Origin: an uncultured Candidatus Binatia bacterium
GTDB lineage: Bacteria > Desulfobacterota > Binatia > UBA9968 > CAXXLF01
NCBI GenBank assembly: GCA_965215595.1
Contig: CBDCDW010000006.1
Location: 138,129 to 202,128 of the forward strand
DNA: 64,000 nucleotides
Direction: 5' to 3'
The notes under the pieces were generated by a model. That model was not told the origin of the DNA. It saw only the letters and a program-made list of their open reading frames with translations, and made no database searches. Shown here piece by piece: positions 20,720 to 33,006 of the stretch. The translations under genes and the position numbers were made by a program. Position 1 is the stretch's first letter; each line of letters begins with the position of its first letter.

Positions 20720-21226
20720 ATAGCGAAAGAAGCAAGAATTAATCATCAGATTCGCGCCAACGAGGTCCGAGTCATCGGATCCAAGGGTGACCAGCTGGGA
20801 ATCATGTCCCTCAGGGACGCACTCGAAGCCGGGGATCGCGATGGTCTGGATCTAGTTGAAGTGGCTCCCGAGGCACAACCCCCGGTGTGCCGCATCATGG
20901 ACTACGGAAAATTCCGCTACCTTCAAAGGAAGAAGGCTCACGGGACAAAAAAGAAGCAGACCTTCGTAACGGTAAAAGAAGTCAAGATGAGGGCCCATAC
21001 CGACCCCCATGACATTTCTTACAAGGTCAAGAACATCCGGCGTTTCATCGAAAGGGGCCAGCGAGTCAGAGTCTCCATCTTCTTTCGCGGTCGGGAGATC
21101 ACCCATCCGGACCTCGGCCGGAAAACCTTAAACGGGATATTGACCCAGGTGGAAGATATCGCCAAGGCCGATGTTACCCCCAGGATGGAGGGAAGAAGCA
21201 TGGCAATGCTTCTTACGCCAAAATAG
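20720..21226 (+). CDS. infC: Translation initiation factor IF-3, with an apparent AUA start
   Basis: The track ORF (20804) lacks the conserved IF-3 N-terminus. The in-frame upstream reading [36 protein letters not shown] matches IF-3 N-domains. ATA at 20720 lies 7 nt after GGAGG (20709-20713). There is no in-frame ATG, GTG or TTG upstream. Confidence 0.8.
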   Translation: MAKEARINHQIRANEVRVIGSKGDQLGIMSLRDALEAGDRDGLDLVEVAPEAQPPVCRIMDYGKFRYLQRKKAHGTKKKQTFVTVKEVKMRAHTDPHDISYKVKNIRRFIERGQRVRVSIFFRGREITHPDLGRKTLNGILTQVEDIAKADVTPRMEGRSMAMLLTPK

Positions 21227-21246
21227 ACGTTGAATTGGAGGAGAGT

Positions 21247-21444
21247 GTGCCCAAGATAAAAACCAATAGAGCAGCAGCCAAGCGGTTCAAGGTAACCGCC
21301 AACGGAAAGGTCAAAAGGAGCCGGGGCTTTAAAAGTCACTTGCTTTCTAGTAAAGGTAGGAAACGGAAGAGGAGGCTTCGGCACTCCACAACTGTATCGG
21401 CATGCGAGACCAGAGTTATTCGGAGGCTCATACCGTATAAGTGA
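21247..21444 (+). CDS. rpmI: 50S ribosomal protein L35
   Basis: GTG 21247 gives [24 protein letters not shown]..., the canonical L35 N-terminus. The track's TTG at 21235 adds 4 residues. Confidence 0.8.
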   Translation: MPKIKTNRAAAKRFKVTANGKVKRSRGFKSHLLSSKGRKRKRRLRHSTTVSACETRVIRRLIPYK

Positions 21445-21473
21445 GTAAAATTTTCTTCAAAAGTGAGTGAACT

Positions 21474-21833
21474 ATGCCACGAGTTAAAAGAGGACAACAA
21501 GCCAGACAGAGAAGAAAGAAAGTTTTAAAGCTGGCGAAGGGTTATGTGGGGGCGCGTAGCAAGTTGTACCGTACCGCCCGGGAGACCGTAGAACGCGGAC
21601 TCGTATTCGCGTACAGAGATCGACGGGTCAGGAAACGAACCTTCCGGGGTCTTTGGATCATCCGAATCAATGCCGGCGCAAGACTCAGTGGGCTCTCCTA
21701 CAGCCAGCTCATTAAGGGTCTGAAATCCGCCAAGGTGGAAATAGACAGAAAGATTCTGGCCGATCTGGCTGTCTCAGACCTTCCTGCCTTCAGTCAGATA
21801 GCCGAGCTCGCAAAGACCCACCTCGCAGCCTAG
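21474..21833 (+). CDS. rplT: 50S ribosomal protein L20
   Basis: [35 protein letters not shown]... is canonical L20. Confidence 0.92.
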   Translation: MPRVKRGQQARQRRKKVLKLAKGYVGARSKLYRTARETVERGLVFAYRDRRVRKRTFRGLWIIRINAGARLSGLSYSQLIKGLKSAKVEIDRKILADLAVSDLPAFSQIAELAKTHLAA

Positions 21834-21856
21834 CTGACCTATTTTCCCTTCCTTCC

Positions 21857-22897
21857 ATGCAAGAATCTTTGGCAGCTTTTCAGGAAGAGATGACGGAACG
21901 CATCAAGCGCTCCGTGACGGAACAGAACATTGAAGAGCTAAGGGTCGAATATTTAGGCAGAAAGGGGAAGCTCACCTTAAAGCTGCGAAGCTTGAAGGAC
22001 GTGCCACCTGAGGAGCGGCCCCAGGTGGGAGAACAACTGAATCGACTCAGGGTTTGGTTTGAAGAGGAACTTGACAGCTGGCTCAGGGATTTCAAGGCAC
22101 GAAAGAATGAGCGGATCCTCACCGAAGAGCATACCGATATCACCCTTCCAGGTAACCGATTAGAGAGGGGACAATTGCATCCCATTACCCTGGTGCTGGA
22201 TGAAATCACCGACGTCTTTGCCAGCATGGGGTTTGAAATCGCTCGAGGCCCTGACATCGAAGACGACTATCATAACTTTGAGGCCCTCAATATTCCCAAG
22301 GAACATCCTGCCAGAGATATGCAGGACACCTTTTTTGTGTCCGAAGAGTTCCTGCTGAGAACCCACACCTCACCGGTTCAGATTCGGGTCATGGAAAACC
22401 GTAAGCCCCCACTCCAGATCATCGTCCCGGGTGCGGTTTATCGACATGATGACGATGCAACCCATTCTCCCATTTTCCATCAGGTGGAAGGGTTCATGGT
22501 GGACCATCACATTACTTTCGGGGATCTCAAGGGCGTTTTACAACACTTCCTGCGCCAGGTTTTCCTGGAAGACACACCGGTACGATTTCGACCGAGCTTT
22601 TTCCCCTTTACGGAGCCAAGCGCAGAGGTGGACATCGGCTGCTTGTTCTGCACAGGGCTGGGCCGTTCTGCAAACGGACAGGGTTGTCGAGTTTGTAAGG
22701 GGACTGGGTGGTTGGAGATTCTAGGCTCGGGGATGATTGATCCCCAGGTCTTTCGATTTGTAGGCTACGATACTGATAAGGTCTCCGGGTTTGCCTTTGG
22801 GATGGGTGTGGAACGGATCGCCATGCTGAAATTCGGGATCGAGGATATCCGTCAGTTTTACCAAAACGACCTTCGTTTCTTGAGACAGTTTCGTTAG
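21857..22897 (+). CDS. pheS: Phenylalanyl-tRNA synthetase alpha subunit
   Basis: 346 aa. Class II motifs (FFPFTEPSAEVD; GSGMIDPQV; GFAFGMGVERIAM). Confidence 0.95.
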   Translation: MQESLAAFQEEMTERIKRSVTEQNIEELRVEYLGRKGKLTLKLRSLKDVPPEERPQVGEQLNRLRVWFEEELDSWLRDFKARKNERILTEEHTDITLPGNRLERGQLHPITLVLDEITDVFASMGFEIARGPDIEDDYHNFEALNIPKEHPARDMQDTFFVSEEFLLRTHTSPVQIRVMENRKPPLQIIVPGAVYRHDDDATHSPIFHQVEGFMVDHHITFGDLKGVLQHFLRQVFLEDTPVRFRPSFFPFTEPSAEVDIGCLFCTGLGRSANGQGCRVCKGTGWLEILGSGMIDPQVFRFVGYDTDKVSGFAFGMGVERIAMLKFGIEDIRQFYQNDLRFLRQFR

Positions 22898-22945
22898 CCC
22901 AATGAAGAAAGTGCTTCCCGAAGGATCCGGGATGATGTTCACGTC

Positions 22946-25363
22946 ATGAAGCTCACCTACAACTGGCTAAAGGAATTTGTGGATCTATCCTCCCGTAGTA
23001 CCGAGGACGAAGGGCCGCACAAGATCGCTCGATTGCTAACCATGGCCGGCCTCGAGGTGGAATCCATACAAGCTCCCGCATCAGGCCAGGAGATCGTTGT
23101 AGCCCGTGTCACAGATGTTCGCCGCCACCCCAAGGCGGATCGCCTTTCTCTATGCACGGTAGATTCTGGTGGGGAGGCCCTTCAGGTGGTCTGTGGAGCT
23201 CCCAATGTTCGAGTGGGGATCAAGGCTCCCTTGGCAAAGGTAGGCGCGGTGCTAACGTCCGGGCTCAACATTAAGACTGCAACCATCCGGGGAGAATTCT
23301 CACACGGTATGCTTTGCTCTGAAAATGAGCTGGGTCTGTCAAAAGACCACGAGGGTATCCTGATCCTGCCCGAAGATGCCCCCATTGGGCGAGCACTATT
23401 TTCCTATTTAGGCATGGACGACTGGATCCTGGAGGTGGGAGTTACCCCTAATCGGGGTGACTGCCTGGGAATTCTCGGCATGGCTCGAGAGATCAGCACC
23501 CTAACTGGCGCCAAGCTAAAGTCCCTTCCTTCAACCCCCCATACAAAGGACACCAGCCTGGCCCGATTGGTACAGGTGCGTATAGAGAACCCTAAACTCT
23601 GCTCCCGATACTCTGCCAGGGTGGTCGAGCACCTCGAAATCAGGCCCTCTCCACCCTGGATACGGTTTCGGCTCGAGGCCTGCGGGGTCAGGTCAATTAA
23701 TAACGTGGTGGATATCACCAACTATGTAATGCTGGAAACCGGCCAACCCCTCCATGCCTTTGACATGGACCGACTATACTCCAAGAGGATTGAAGTGCGG
23801 CCGGCAAAACTGACCAAGAAATTTACCACTTTGGACGGCGTCGAGCGGGAGCTATCCGCAGATGATCTGCTAATTTGTGATGGGGAAACACCTGTGGCAC
23901 TAGCAGGTGTAATGGGCGGATCCAACTCAGAGGTCGGTCAGGATACACACTCCGTGCTGTTGGAAAGTGCTAACTTTGCGCCCACAAGCATTCGCCGCAC
24001 GGCAAAGCGTCTGGGACTGCACAGCGAGGCTTCCCACCGATTTGAAAGAGGGGTGGACCCAGAAGGAACTCTTTTCGCCTTGAATCGAGCGGCTTACCTA
24101 TTGGAAAAGGATAGCGGTGGCCGGGCCGTTCCAGGGATTGTGGATCGCTACCCCCGAAAGTTCAAGGCCTCTCCCATTGTTATACGGGATGAAAAGGTTA
24201 AGGAACTCCTCGGCATAGCCATCAACCGTAAGAAATTGGAGCAATCACTGAAATCCCTGGGAGCTAAGATACAAGGGCATTCGAAGAGCGCCCTGAAGGT
24301 CTCTCCCCCCTCCTACCGTTTCGATCTCAGTCGGGAGGCGGATTTAATTGAAGAACTGGCGCGACTGCACGGCTACGAGAAAATACCATCAACCTTGCCA
24401 TTGGTGAGATCTCAGGGAAGGTTGCTGGATCCGACGCTGCGCTGGGGCCGACGATTACGCTCCTATTTGACCGGAGAAGGTCTCACGGAGGTCATCAATA
24501 TCCCCTTTACCTCTACGGAATTGAACGAGTGTTTCCACGGGCTGTGGGTTGATCAGGAAAAAGCGGTGGCAATTCTCAACCCATTGAAACAAGAGAGTTC
24601 TGAAATGCGATTAAGCCTGATCCCCGGTTTGTTGGAAAATTTGCGCCTGCAAATCGATCACAGGGCCACGCGGTTTTTAGCCTTTGAGATAGGTAAAGTC
24701 TTTCACCTGACTCCCAGCGGTTCTAATGTCGAGAAAACGGTATTGGCTGGCCTGCTCTATGGCTCCAGGGGGCAGATGGGACTCAGAACTGAAGACTTTC
24801 CCCCTTCTTTTCTGGATGTTAAGGGCATACTGGAGGGGATCCTTGACGCCGCTGGGACAGCGGAAAGTGCGGCTTGGACAAGCGAGAATTTACCGTCTTT
24901 CCTCCATCCGGGGAAGGCCGCCACTCTGAATCAAAATGGGCGCAAGATGAGCTACTTAGGGGAGATCCATCCAGACCTCTCCAGCAGATTTGGGCTGCCA
25001 AATTTCCTGATTTTTGAACTTGACTTCGAAAGTTTGGTTAAGTATGCTCGCCTTGATTTAACGGTCCGCGCCCTGCCCAGATTTCCATCTGTTGAGCGGG
25101 ACTTAGCCATTGTTGTTAATGAAAAGTTTCCCGCCCAGCAGATCATTAAATGGATAAAAGGCTTTAGTAACTTACTCATAGAGGATGTGCGAATCTTTGA
25201 CCAATACAGTGGCTCTCCAATTCCAGAAGGTAAAAAAAGCTTAGGTTACACGGTCTGTTATCGTGCACAGGACAGAACATTAACCGATGAAGAAGTCAAT
25301 TCTACCCACCAAAACTTAATTTCTAAGATGTGCCAAGAATTTGCAGCCACTTTGAGGGAGTAG
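22946..25363 (+). CDS. pheT: Phenylalanyl-tRNA synthetase beta subunit
   Basis: 805 aa. N-terminal tRNA-binding OB domain, B3/B4, B5, FDX-ACB C-terminal domain. Confidence 0.95.
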   Translation: MKLTYNWLKEFVDLSSRSTEDEGPHKIARLLTMAGLEVESIQAPASGQEIVVARVTDVRRHPKADRLSLCTVDSGGEALQVVCGAPNVRVGIKAPLAKVGAVLTSGLNIKTATIRGEFSHGMLCSENELGLSKDHEGILILPEDAPIGRALFSYLGMDDWILEVGVTPNRGDCLGILGMAREISTLTGAKLKSLPSTPHTKDTSLARLVQVRIENPKLCSRYSARVVEHLEIRPSPPWIRFRLEACGVRSINNVVDITNYVMLETGQPLHAFDMDRLYSKRIEVRPAKLTKKFTTLDGVERELSADDLLICDGETPVALAGVMGGSNSEVGQDTHSVLLESANFAPTSIRRTAKRLGLHSEASHRFERGVDPEGTLFALNRAAYLLEKDSGGRAVPGIVDRYPRKFKASPIVIRDEKVKELLGIAINRKKLEQSLKSLGAKIQGHSKSALKVSPPSYRFDLSREADLIEELARLHGYEKIPSTLPLVRSQGRLLDPTLRWGRRLRSYLTGEGLTEVINIPFTSTELNECFHGLWVDQEKAVAILNPLKQESSEMRLSLIPGLLENLRLQIDHRATRFLAFEIGKVFHLTPSGSNVEKTVLAGLLYGSRGQMGLRTEDFPPSFLDVKGILEGILDAAGTAESAAWTSENLPSFLHPGKAATLNQNGRKMSYLGEIHPDLSSRFGLPNFLIFELDFESLVKYARLDLTVRALPRFPSVERDLAIVVNEKFPAQQIIKWIKGFSNLLIEDVRIFDQYSGSPIPEGKKSLGYTVCYRAQDRTLTDEEVNSTHQNLISKMCQEFAATLRE

Positions 25364-25394
25364 TGGAGGAAATAGTTTAAGGGGAGTCAAAAAA

Positions 25395-25679
25395 ATGACC
25401 AAGGCAGAAATCATAGCCCGAATCTACGAGAAAGTGGGTTTTTCCAAGAAAGAGGCTACGGACGTTGTGGAAGCCACCTTCGAGATCATTAAAGGTCACC
25501 TGGAAAAGGGTGAAAAGGTTAAGATTTCCGGATTCGGAAACTTTGACGTTAATACTAAAAATTCAAGAAAAGGAAGGAATCCTCAGACCGGGGACGAAAT
25601 TACGATTAAGGGCCGTAAGGTCCTCACCTTCAAGCCAAGTCAGATCTTGAAGAAGTCCATTAATACGCCTTCGGCCTAA
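25395..25679 (+). CDS. ihfA: Integration host factor alpha / HU-family DNA-binding protein
   Basis: 94 aa. MTKAEIIARIYEKVGFSKKEATDVVEATFEIIK...GFGNFDVNTKNSRKGRNPQTGDEITI. In the conserved position after pheST. Confidence 0.75.
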   Translation: MTKAEIIARIYEKVGFSKKEATDVVEATFEIIKGHLEKGEKVKISGFGNFDVNTKNSRKGRNPQTGDEITIKGRKVLTFKPSQILKKSINTPSA

Positions 25680-25688
25680 ATTGACGTT

Positions 25689-26042
25689 ATGCCATTTCAA
25701 CTCCCTGACAAGCTTTACTTCAAAATCGGAGAAGTCAGTAACATCATTGGTGTAAAACCCTACGTGCTGCGTTACTGGGAATCCGAGTTTGAACTACTTA
25801 AACCGGGCAAGGCCCCATCACGTCATCGTTTATATAAGAAAAAGGATGTGGACCTCTTAATGGAGATCAAGAAGTTGCTCTATTCTGACGGTTACACCAT
25901 TGAAGGTGCTAGAAAAAAGCTCAAGGAAGGGAAGAAAGAAGACCGGCGGCAACTCCGTCTGCCCCTCCTGGATCCGGCTTATAAGAGCACGCTGCTGAAA
26001 ATTAGGAAGGACATTAAATCTCTCCACAAGAAGCTCTCCTAG
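25689..26042 (+). CDS. MerR-family transcriptional regulator
   Basis: 117 aa. N-terminal MerR HTH (YFKIGEVSNIIGVKPYVLRYWESEF), then a coiled-coil tail. Confidence 0.7.
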   Translation: MPFQLPDKLYFKIGEVSNIIGVKPYVLRYWESEFELLKPGKAPSRHRLYKKKDVDLLMEIKKLLYSDGYTIEGARKKLKEGKKEDRRQLRLPLLDPAYKSTLLKIRKDIKSLHKKLS

Positions 26043-26263
26043 CTATTTCCTGCTAGCAGGCTGCTGCAAAAAACTATTTGCAGGCTGGTCAAAAAGATCT
26101 CAGAGGCGAGGCGCGCGAAAAATCGACGAGGGTCGGCGTACTTAGTGGGTACTTTGGAGCGACTCCGTTTGGAGCGGGAATGATTCCCGTAGCGATCGAG
26201 CGCAACTATCCTAAACGCCTGCTTAAGGCAGGCTGGTGGCATATGAGGCTTTTTCAGCAGCCT

Positions 26264-26986
26264 CTACTGCCTGATCTCAAGCCGACCCTTATTGAAGGTA
26301 AGCAGTTGACCCGTCATCTCCATGCCAACCTCTGCTGCCAGGACAAACCTGTTTCCCAAAGTATCCAGCCCAGCCATCTGCTGATGAACTGAGTCCGGTG
26401 CATCCTCCGTCGCAATGGCACCCCCAGGTGCGATGGCAACCGCGCAGATCCCCCACTCTCTCTCCTCCTCAGCCACAAACTGGGTAAAGGTCCGAATCGC
26501 TTCCTTGGACACCACATAGGCACAGGCACCCACTCCATGACCACCTCCATGGAGATTAATGATGTGACCCGATCGACGTTTTTCCATGTGCGGCAACACA
26601 TGCTTCGTGCATAGGAATGTCCCTCCAAGGTTGGTCTGGATAACCCGATCCCAGAAACCCTTGTCCATATCGGCGATGCGGGCCCAACGCTGTTCCCATC
26701 CAAAATGAGTGACCACCGCCGCGTCATTTAACAGGACATCGACCGAACCAAATCGAGAAACCACCCCGTTAACCATTCGGTGCACCTCGTCTTCATTGCT
26801 CACGTCTCCATATTCGGGCAACACCTCGGCACCCATCTGACGCAACTCCTCGGACACTTTTTGCAAGCGCTGGGCATCGATGTCGATGATACCTAATTTG
26901 GCTCCGGCCTGGGCAAAGGTGCGTGCCGCATAGCGCCCGATACCCTTGGCTGCTCCAGTAATGACAACAACTTTTCCCTGCAACAT
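26264..26986 (-). CDS. SDR-family short-chain dehydrogenase/reductase
   Basis: Internal ATG at 26986 gives MLQGKVVVITGAAKGIGRYAART (TGxxxGIG cofactor motif); NDAAV; catalytic YVVSK. The track's longer 27058 start adds a non-conserved leader. Confidence 0.8.
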   Translation of the reverse strand: MLQGKVVVITGAAKGIGRYAARTFAQAGAKLGIIDIDAQRLQKVSEELRQMGAEVLPEYGDVSNEDEVHRMVNGVVSRFGSVDVLLNDAAVVTHFGWEQRWARIADMDKGFWDRVIQTNLGGTFLCTKHVLPHMEKRRSGHIINLHGGGHGVGACAYVVSKEAIRTFTQFVAEEEREWGICAVAIAPGGAIATEDAPDSVHQQMAGLDTLGNRFVLAAEVGMEMTGQLLTFNKGRLEIRQ

Positions 26987-27299
26987 GAAATGATCCTCTC
27001 TTCCTAAGCAAATTTTGAGCAGCACGACTTCAACAAAATACTTCGTACCAAGCGCCAAGTCTCCGGAGATTTATTAACCACTGATGAACGCAGACAAATA
27101 AATCTCTTAAGATTTAAGAATTTAACCGCAGACCCACGCAGATTAACGCAGATAATTTTCTGGCCAATTTGGCCAGGAAAAAAGTCTCTTTATCTGTGTC
27201 CATCTGCGTAAATCAGGGGTCAATAGCTCCTAACGCTATGCGCTTAGCACATGTCCCTTGGCTTCCTTTGCGTCTTTGCCCCTCGATTCCCCTTGGGCC

Positions 27300-27960
27300 C
27301 TGTGGTTCGAGTTCCCTCACCACCCTGAGCCCGTCGAAGGGCGGTTCTCGAAGGACGCGAGTGATCCTATTCCGAGCCTATCTCTTATGCCCAACAACCT
27401 ACCGAATAATCGCCGCTGATATTGCCACACTGTCCCTGAGGCCACAAATGAAAAAAGGGCTCGGGCGCCTGCCCTCAGCGGGAGCCGATGGGCCGCTACC
27501 TCGAGGCCCCGTCTTTTGATCCAGCATGCCAATATGGCTTGAACCTCCAGTATCGGACGTCTCCCTCTCTTCGGTGCAAGCCCCCTGCGCCCCAAGGTGA
27601 GCAACGAGGGATGAGTGCTGAGTACTGAGTGGAGGAGGAAAAGAAGTCGGAGATGGCTGAAGGTGCTCCCCGAGAGGAACATGGACGGAGCATCGGGCTA
27701 CCCACCGTGGTCGGCGCCGCATGAAAGCCGGAGTCCGCCCACGGTTAATCTGAGATCCGGAAGGTTCGTGCAAGCGCAGGCCCGGTGGGTCGCTGCGGGA
27801 GTCCCGTGGAACGAGGGGAGTGCCAAAGCCTCCATGGTACAAGTCTATTGCCCACGGCCTGGAGACTCGCTTCCCGAGGAGACACAGTGGGGGCGCCCGA
27901 GGGAAAGTCCTTACTCAATTGACGCAACTTCCAAGGAATGTTACATAATCTTATGGTGCG
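27300..27960. repeat. Copy 1 of a ~0.6-kb non-coding repeat family. Copy 2 is at 38230-38730.
   Basis: Blocks 27455-27510, 27527-27595 and 27780-27815 recur as reverse complements at 38555-38600, 38466-38545 and 38278-38310. Block 27303-27345 recurs in direct orientation at 38672-38712. No conserved ORF. Confidence 0.6.
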
Positions 27961-27969
27961 GTTATATGT

Positions 27970-28046
27970 CGGGGCGTAGCGCAGCCTGGTAGCGCACACG
28001 CTTGGGGTGCGTGAGGTCACCGGTTCAAATCCGGTCGCCCCGACCA
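27970..28046 (+). tRNA. tRNA-Pro (anticodon GGG)
   Basis: Acceptor cggggcg/cgccccg, D-arm gcgc-agcctggta-gcgc, anticodon stem cacgc/gcgtg with loop ttGGGgt, T-arm accgg-ttcaaat-ccggt, discriminator A, encoded CCA. Confidence 0.88.
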
Positions 28047-28155
28047 CTCCTCTACTCGGGAGAGGAAATATGAATATAGGAACCTGGCTCATCCCAAGAG
28101 CATATATTCCCATTCGTCTCGACGAACCGAAAAATATCCTCCAGCTCCATTTATA

Positions 28156-28821
28156 GTGAAATTTTTTGGCAGGCATTCACTGAACCCCCAGGTGGCCAGA
28201 GAGAGGATGGTCCAAGACCATTTGATAACTCGGGGCATCAAGAATCCGCGGGTGTTACAGGCAATGACATCGGTTCCAAGGCATCTTTTCGTAGACAACG
28301 CCCTAGCGGATCGCGCCTATGACGACGAACCTCTTCCTATCGGCGAACGACAAACCATCTCCCAACCTTACATGGTGGCATTTATGTCAGAGGCTCTCGA
28401 ACTCACCGGCGAAGAACGGGTCCTTGAAATTGGCACTGGATCAGGCTACCAAACCGCGGTGCTAGCGGAACTCTGCCTTAACGTTTTCTCGGTTGAAAAG
28501 TTTGGCCCCCTTGCCGAGAAGGCGCGGGGACTTCTAGATGAGCTAAATTATTACAATGTCGCGCTTCATGTGGGGGACGGAACACTGGGGTGGTACGAAC
28601 ACGCGCCATTTGATGCGATAATTGTAACCGCTGGTTCTCCCGAATTACCTCGACCGCTCATTGATCAACTGTCCATACACGGCCGGATCATTCTCCCCAT
28701 TGGCAATGAACGATCTCAAATGCTCAAACGTGTCCGACGAACCGCTTCCGGGTTGCATGAAGAGGGCTTGGGAGACTGTCGATTTGTCAAACTGTTGGGG
28801 AGATACGGTTGGCCTGATTAA
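28156..28821 (+). CDS. pcm: Protein-L-isoaspartate O-methyltransferase
   Basis: 221 aa. VLEIGTGSGYQTAVLAEL SAM motif; ISQPYMVA; conserved pcm-nlpD neighbourhood. Confidence 0.88.
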   Translation: MKFFGRHSLNPQVARERMVQDHLITRGIKNPRVLQAMTSVPRHLFVDNALADRAYDDEPLPIGERQTISQPYMVAFMSEALELTGEERVLEIGTGSGYQTAVLAELCLNVFSVEKFGPLAEKARGLLDELNYYNVALHVGDGTLGWYEHAPFDAIIVTAGSPELPRPLIDQLSIHGRIILPIGNERSQMLKRVRRTASGLHEEGLGDCRFVKLLGRYGWPD

Positions 28822-28896
28822 CTCCGGTCCTAATTTCCACCGGACCACACCTCCAGAGGCGATAGCTCGCGACCCTCTATCTCCCGATGTCAGCAG

Positions 28897-29685
28897 ATGA
28901 ACCACCATCGCCGAGAATCTTTCGCTCCAACGCTCGTCGGATTGGGATTGAGATCCGGGTTTAACTATTTTGTTTGTTTGTTTCTCTTCATATTTCTGCA
29001 TGCCTGTGTCTCACCACCGCACCAGCCACAGCACACGAGTCGGCCACACCACCCACGTCAGCCACCCAAACCAAGCCCTCCCCAAGGAATTTTCCATGTG
29101 GTCAAGGTGAAGGAAAACCTATTTCGAATTGGCAAGGCTTACGATGTGGACTATCGTCGGCTCGCCCGCCTCAATAGAATTACCGACCCGGCCCAGATCC
29201 GTATTGGCCAGAGAATCTTCGTCCCTGGGGCCACAAGGCAACTCCCTGTAGAGATCATTACTCCCTCAAAGGTCAACTCGAAGCCACCCCGAAAACCCAA
29301 GCCCCGGGGCAAGGGAAGAAACGGCTTCGTTTGGCCTCTCAAAGGAAGGCTAACCTCAAAGTTCGGCCGTAGAGGAAAGAGCTTCCACGACGGGTTGGAT
29401 ATTGCGGCTCCCAAAGGGACCCCTATCCGGGCCGTTCAAAAAGGGAAGGTCCTTTTCAGCGACAAATTGCGTGGCTACGGAAACATCGTAATTATCCGAC
29501 ATCCGGGTCGGTATGTATCGGTCTACGCACATAATCGAAAGAACCTTGTCCGTAAGGGACAAAGAGTGGCACAGTGGCAGATCATTGGAGAGGTGGGTAG
29601 TACGGGAAGGGTGACCGGACCACGTCTTCACTTTGAAATCCGAAGAAATAATGTTGCAAGGGATCCGCTTTATTACTTGCCCTAG
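28897..29685 (+). CDS. nlpD: LysM-domain M23 metallopeptidase (NlpD-like)
   Basis: 262 aa. Signal peptide, Pro-rich linker, LysM (FHVVKVKENLFRIGKAYDVDYRRLARLN...IRIGQRIFVP), M23 domain (HDGLDIAAPKGTPIRA...HLHFEI). Confidence 0.8.
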   Translation: MNHHRRESFAPTLVGLGLRSGFNYFVCLFLFIFLHACVSPPHQPQHTSRPHHPRQPPKPSPPQGIFHVVKVKENLFRIGKAYDVDYRRLARLNRITDPAQIRIGQRIFVPGATRQLPVEIITPSKVNSKPPRKPKPRGKGRNGFVWPLKGRLTSKFGRRGKSFHDGLDIAAPKGTPIRAVQKGKVLFSDKLRGYGNIVIIRHPGRYVSVYAHNRKNLVRKGQRVAQWQIIGEVGSTGRVTGPRLHFEIRRNNVARDPLYYLP

Positions 29686-29704
29686 TTGTGCTAGCTGAGT
29701 CTGT

Positions 29705-30241
29705 ATGGATCAGGTCCTTCAAGACATTCGCCAGACCATACGTGACATTCCTGATTTCCCTAAGCCCGGGATCGTATTTAAAGATATCACTCCCCTGTTG
29801 AGCAGTGCCCCCCTGTTCAAGCAGACCATCGACCTCATGGCCGAACGCTACCAAGCGCGAGGAGTGGATATGGTACTAGGAATCGAGTCCCGTGGCTTCA
29901 TTATTGGTGCCGCCCTTGCCTATACCTTGGGGTCTGGTTTTTGCATCGTTCGAAAGCCAGGGAAACTCCCTTACGAGACCCATTCTGCCAGTTATCAACT
30001 GGAGTACGGTTCTGATGCATTGGAAATTCATCGGGACGGGCTTCAGCCCGGCTCTCGGGTACTCATTGTGGATGACCTATTGGCCACCGGAGGCACAGCT
30101 GTTGCCGCGGCGGAATTGGTATCACAGCTAAAGGCAGAGGTGTTGGAGTTTGCCTTTGTCCTCGAACTTTCTTTTCTCCAAGGGCGAAAGCGGCTCGAAC
30201 CCCGTAGCGTTTACTCCATCATCCAGTACGATATGGAGTAG
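29705..30241 (+). CDS. apt: Adenine phosphoribosyltransferase
   Basis: 178 aa. FPKPGIVFKDITPLL; PRPP-binding VLIVDDLLATGGTA. Confidence 0.9.
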   Translation: MDQVLQDIRQTIRDIPDFPKPGIVFKDITPLLSSAPLFKQTIDLMAERYQARGVDMVLGIESRGFIIGAALAYTLGSGFCIVRKPGKLPYETHSASYQLEYGSDALEIHRDGLQPGSRVLIVDDLLATGGTAVAAAELVSQLKAEVLEFAFVLELSFLQGRKRLEPRSVYSIIQYDME

Positions 30242-30364
30242 CACCAGGCAAAGGGTCATTAGTCAGGAAAACGTGATTTGAAGCCTCCGCCGTATGCCAT
30301 TCCTTGACAATGGCCGGTAATGTTTTATACGTGAAAGATATGAAATTCGGGCGAGTGTAAATTT

Positions 30365-32967
<2,603 letters not shown>

Positions 32968-33006
32968 GGACAGTTCCTAAGAACTGAACCACCTCAATAG
33001 ACGAAT

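Noticed and set aside
27169-27842. Several overlapping 100-150-aa ORFs on both strands between the SDR gene and tRNA-Pro
   Set aside because: The region is a repeat that recurs at 38230-38730 without preserving any reading frame. The translations are low-complexity, Arg/Pro/Gly-rich.
27745-28176. 143-aa minus-strand ORF
   Set aside because: It overlaps tRNA-Pro and the non-coding repeat and has no domain features.
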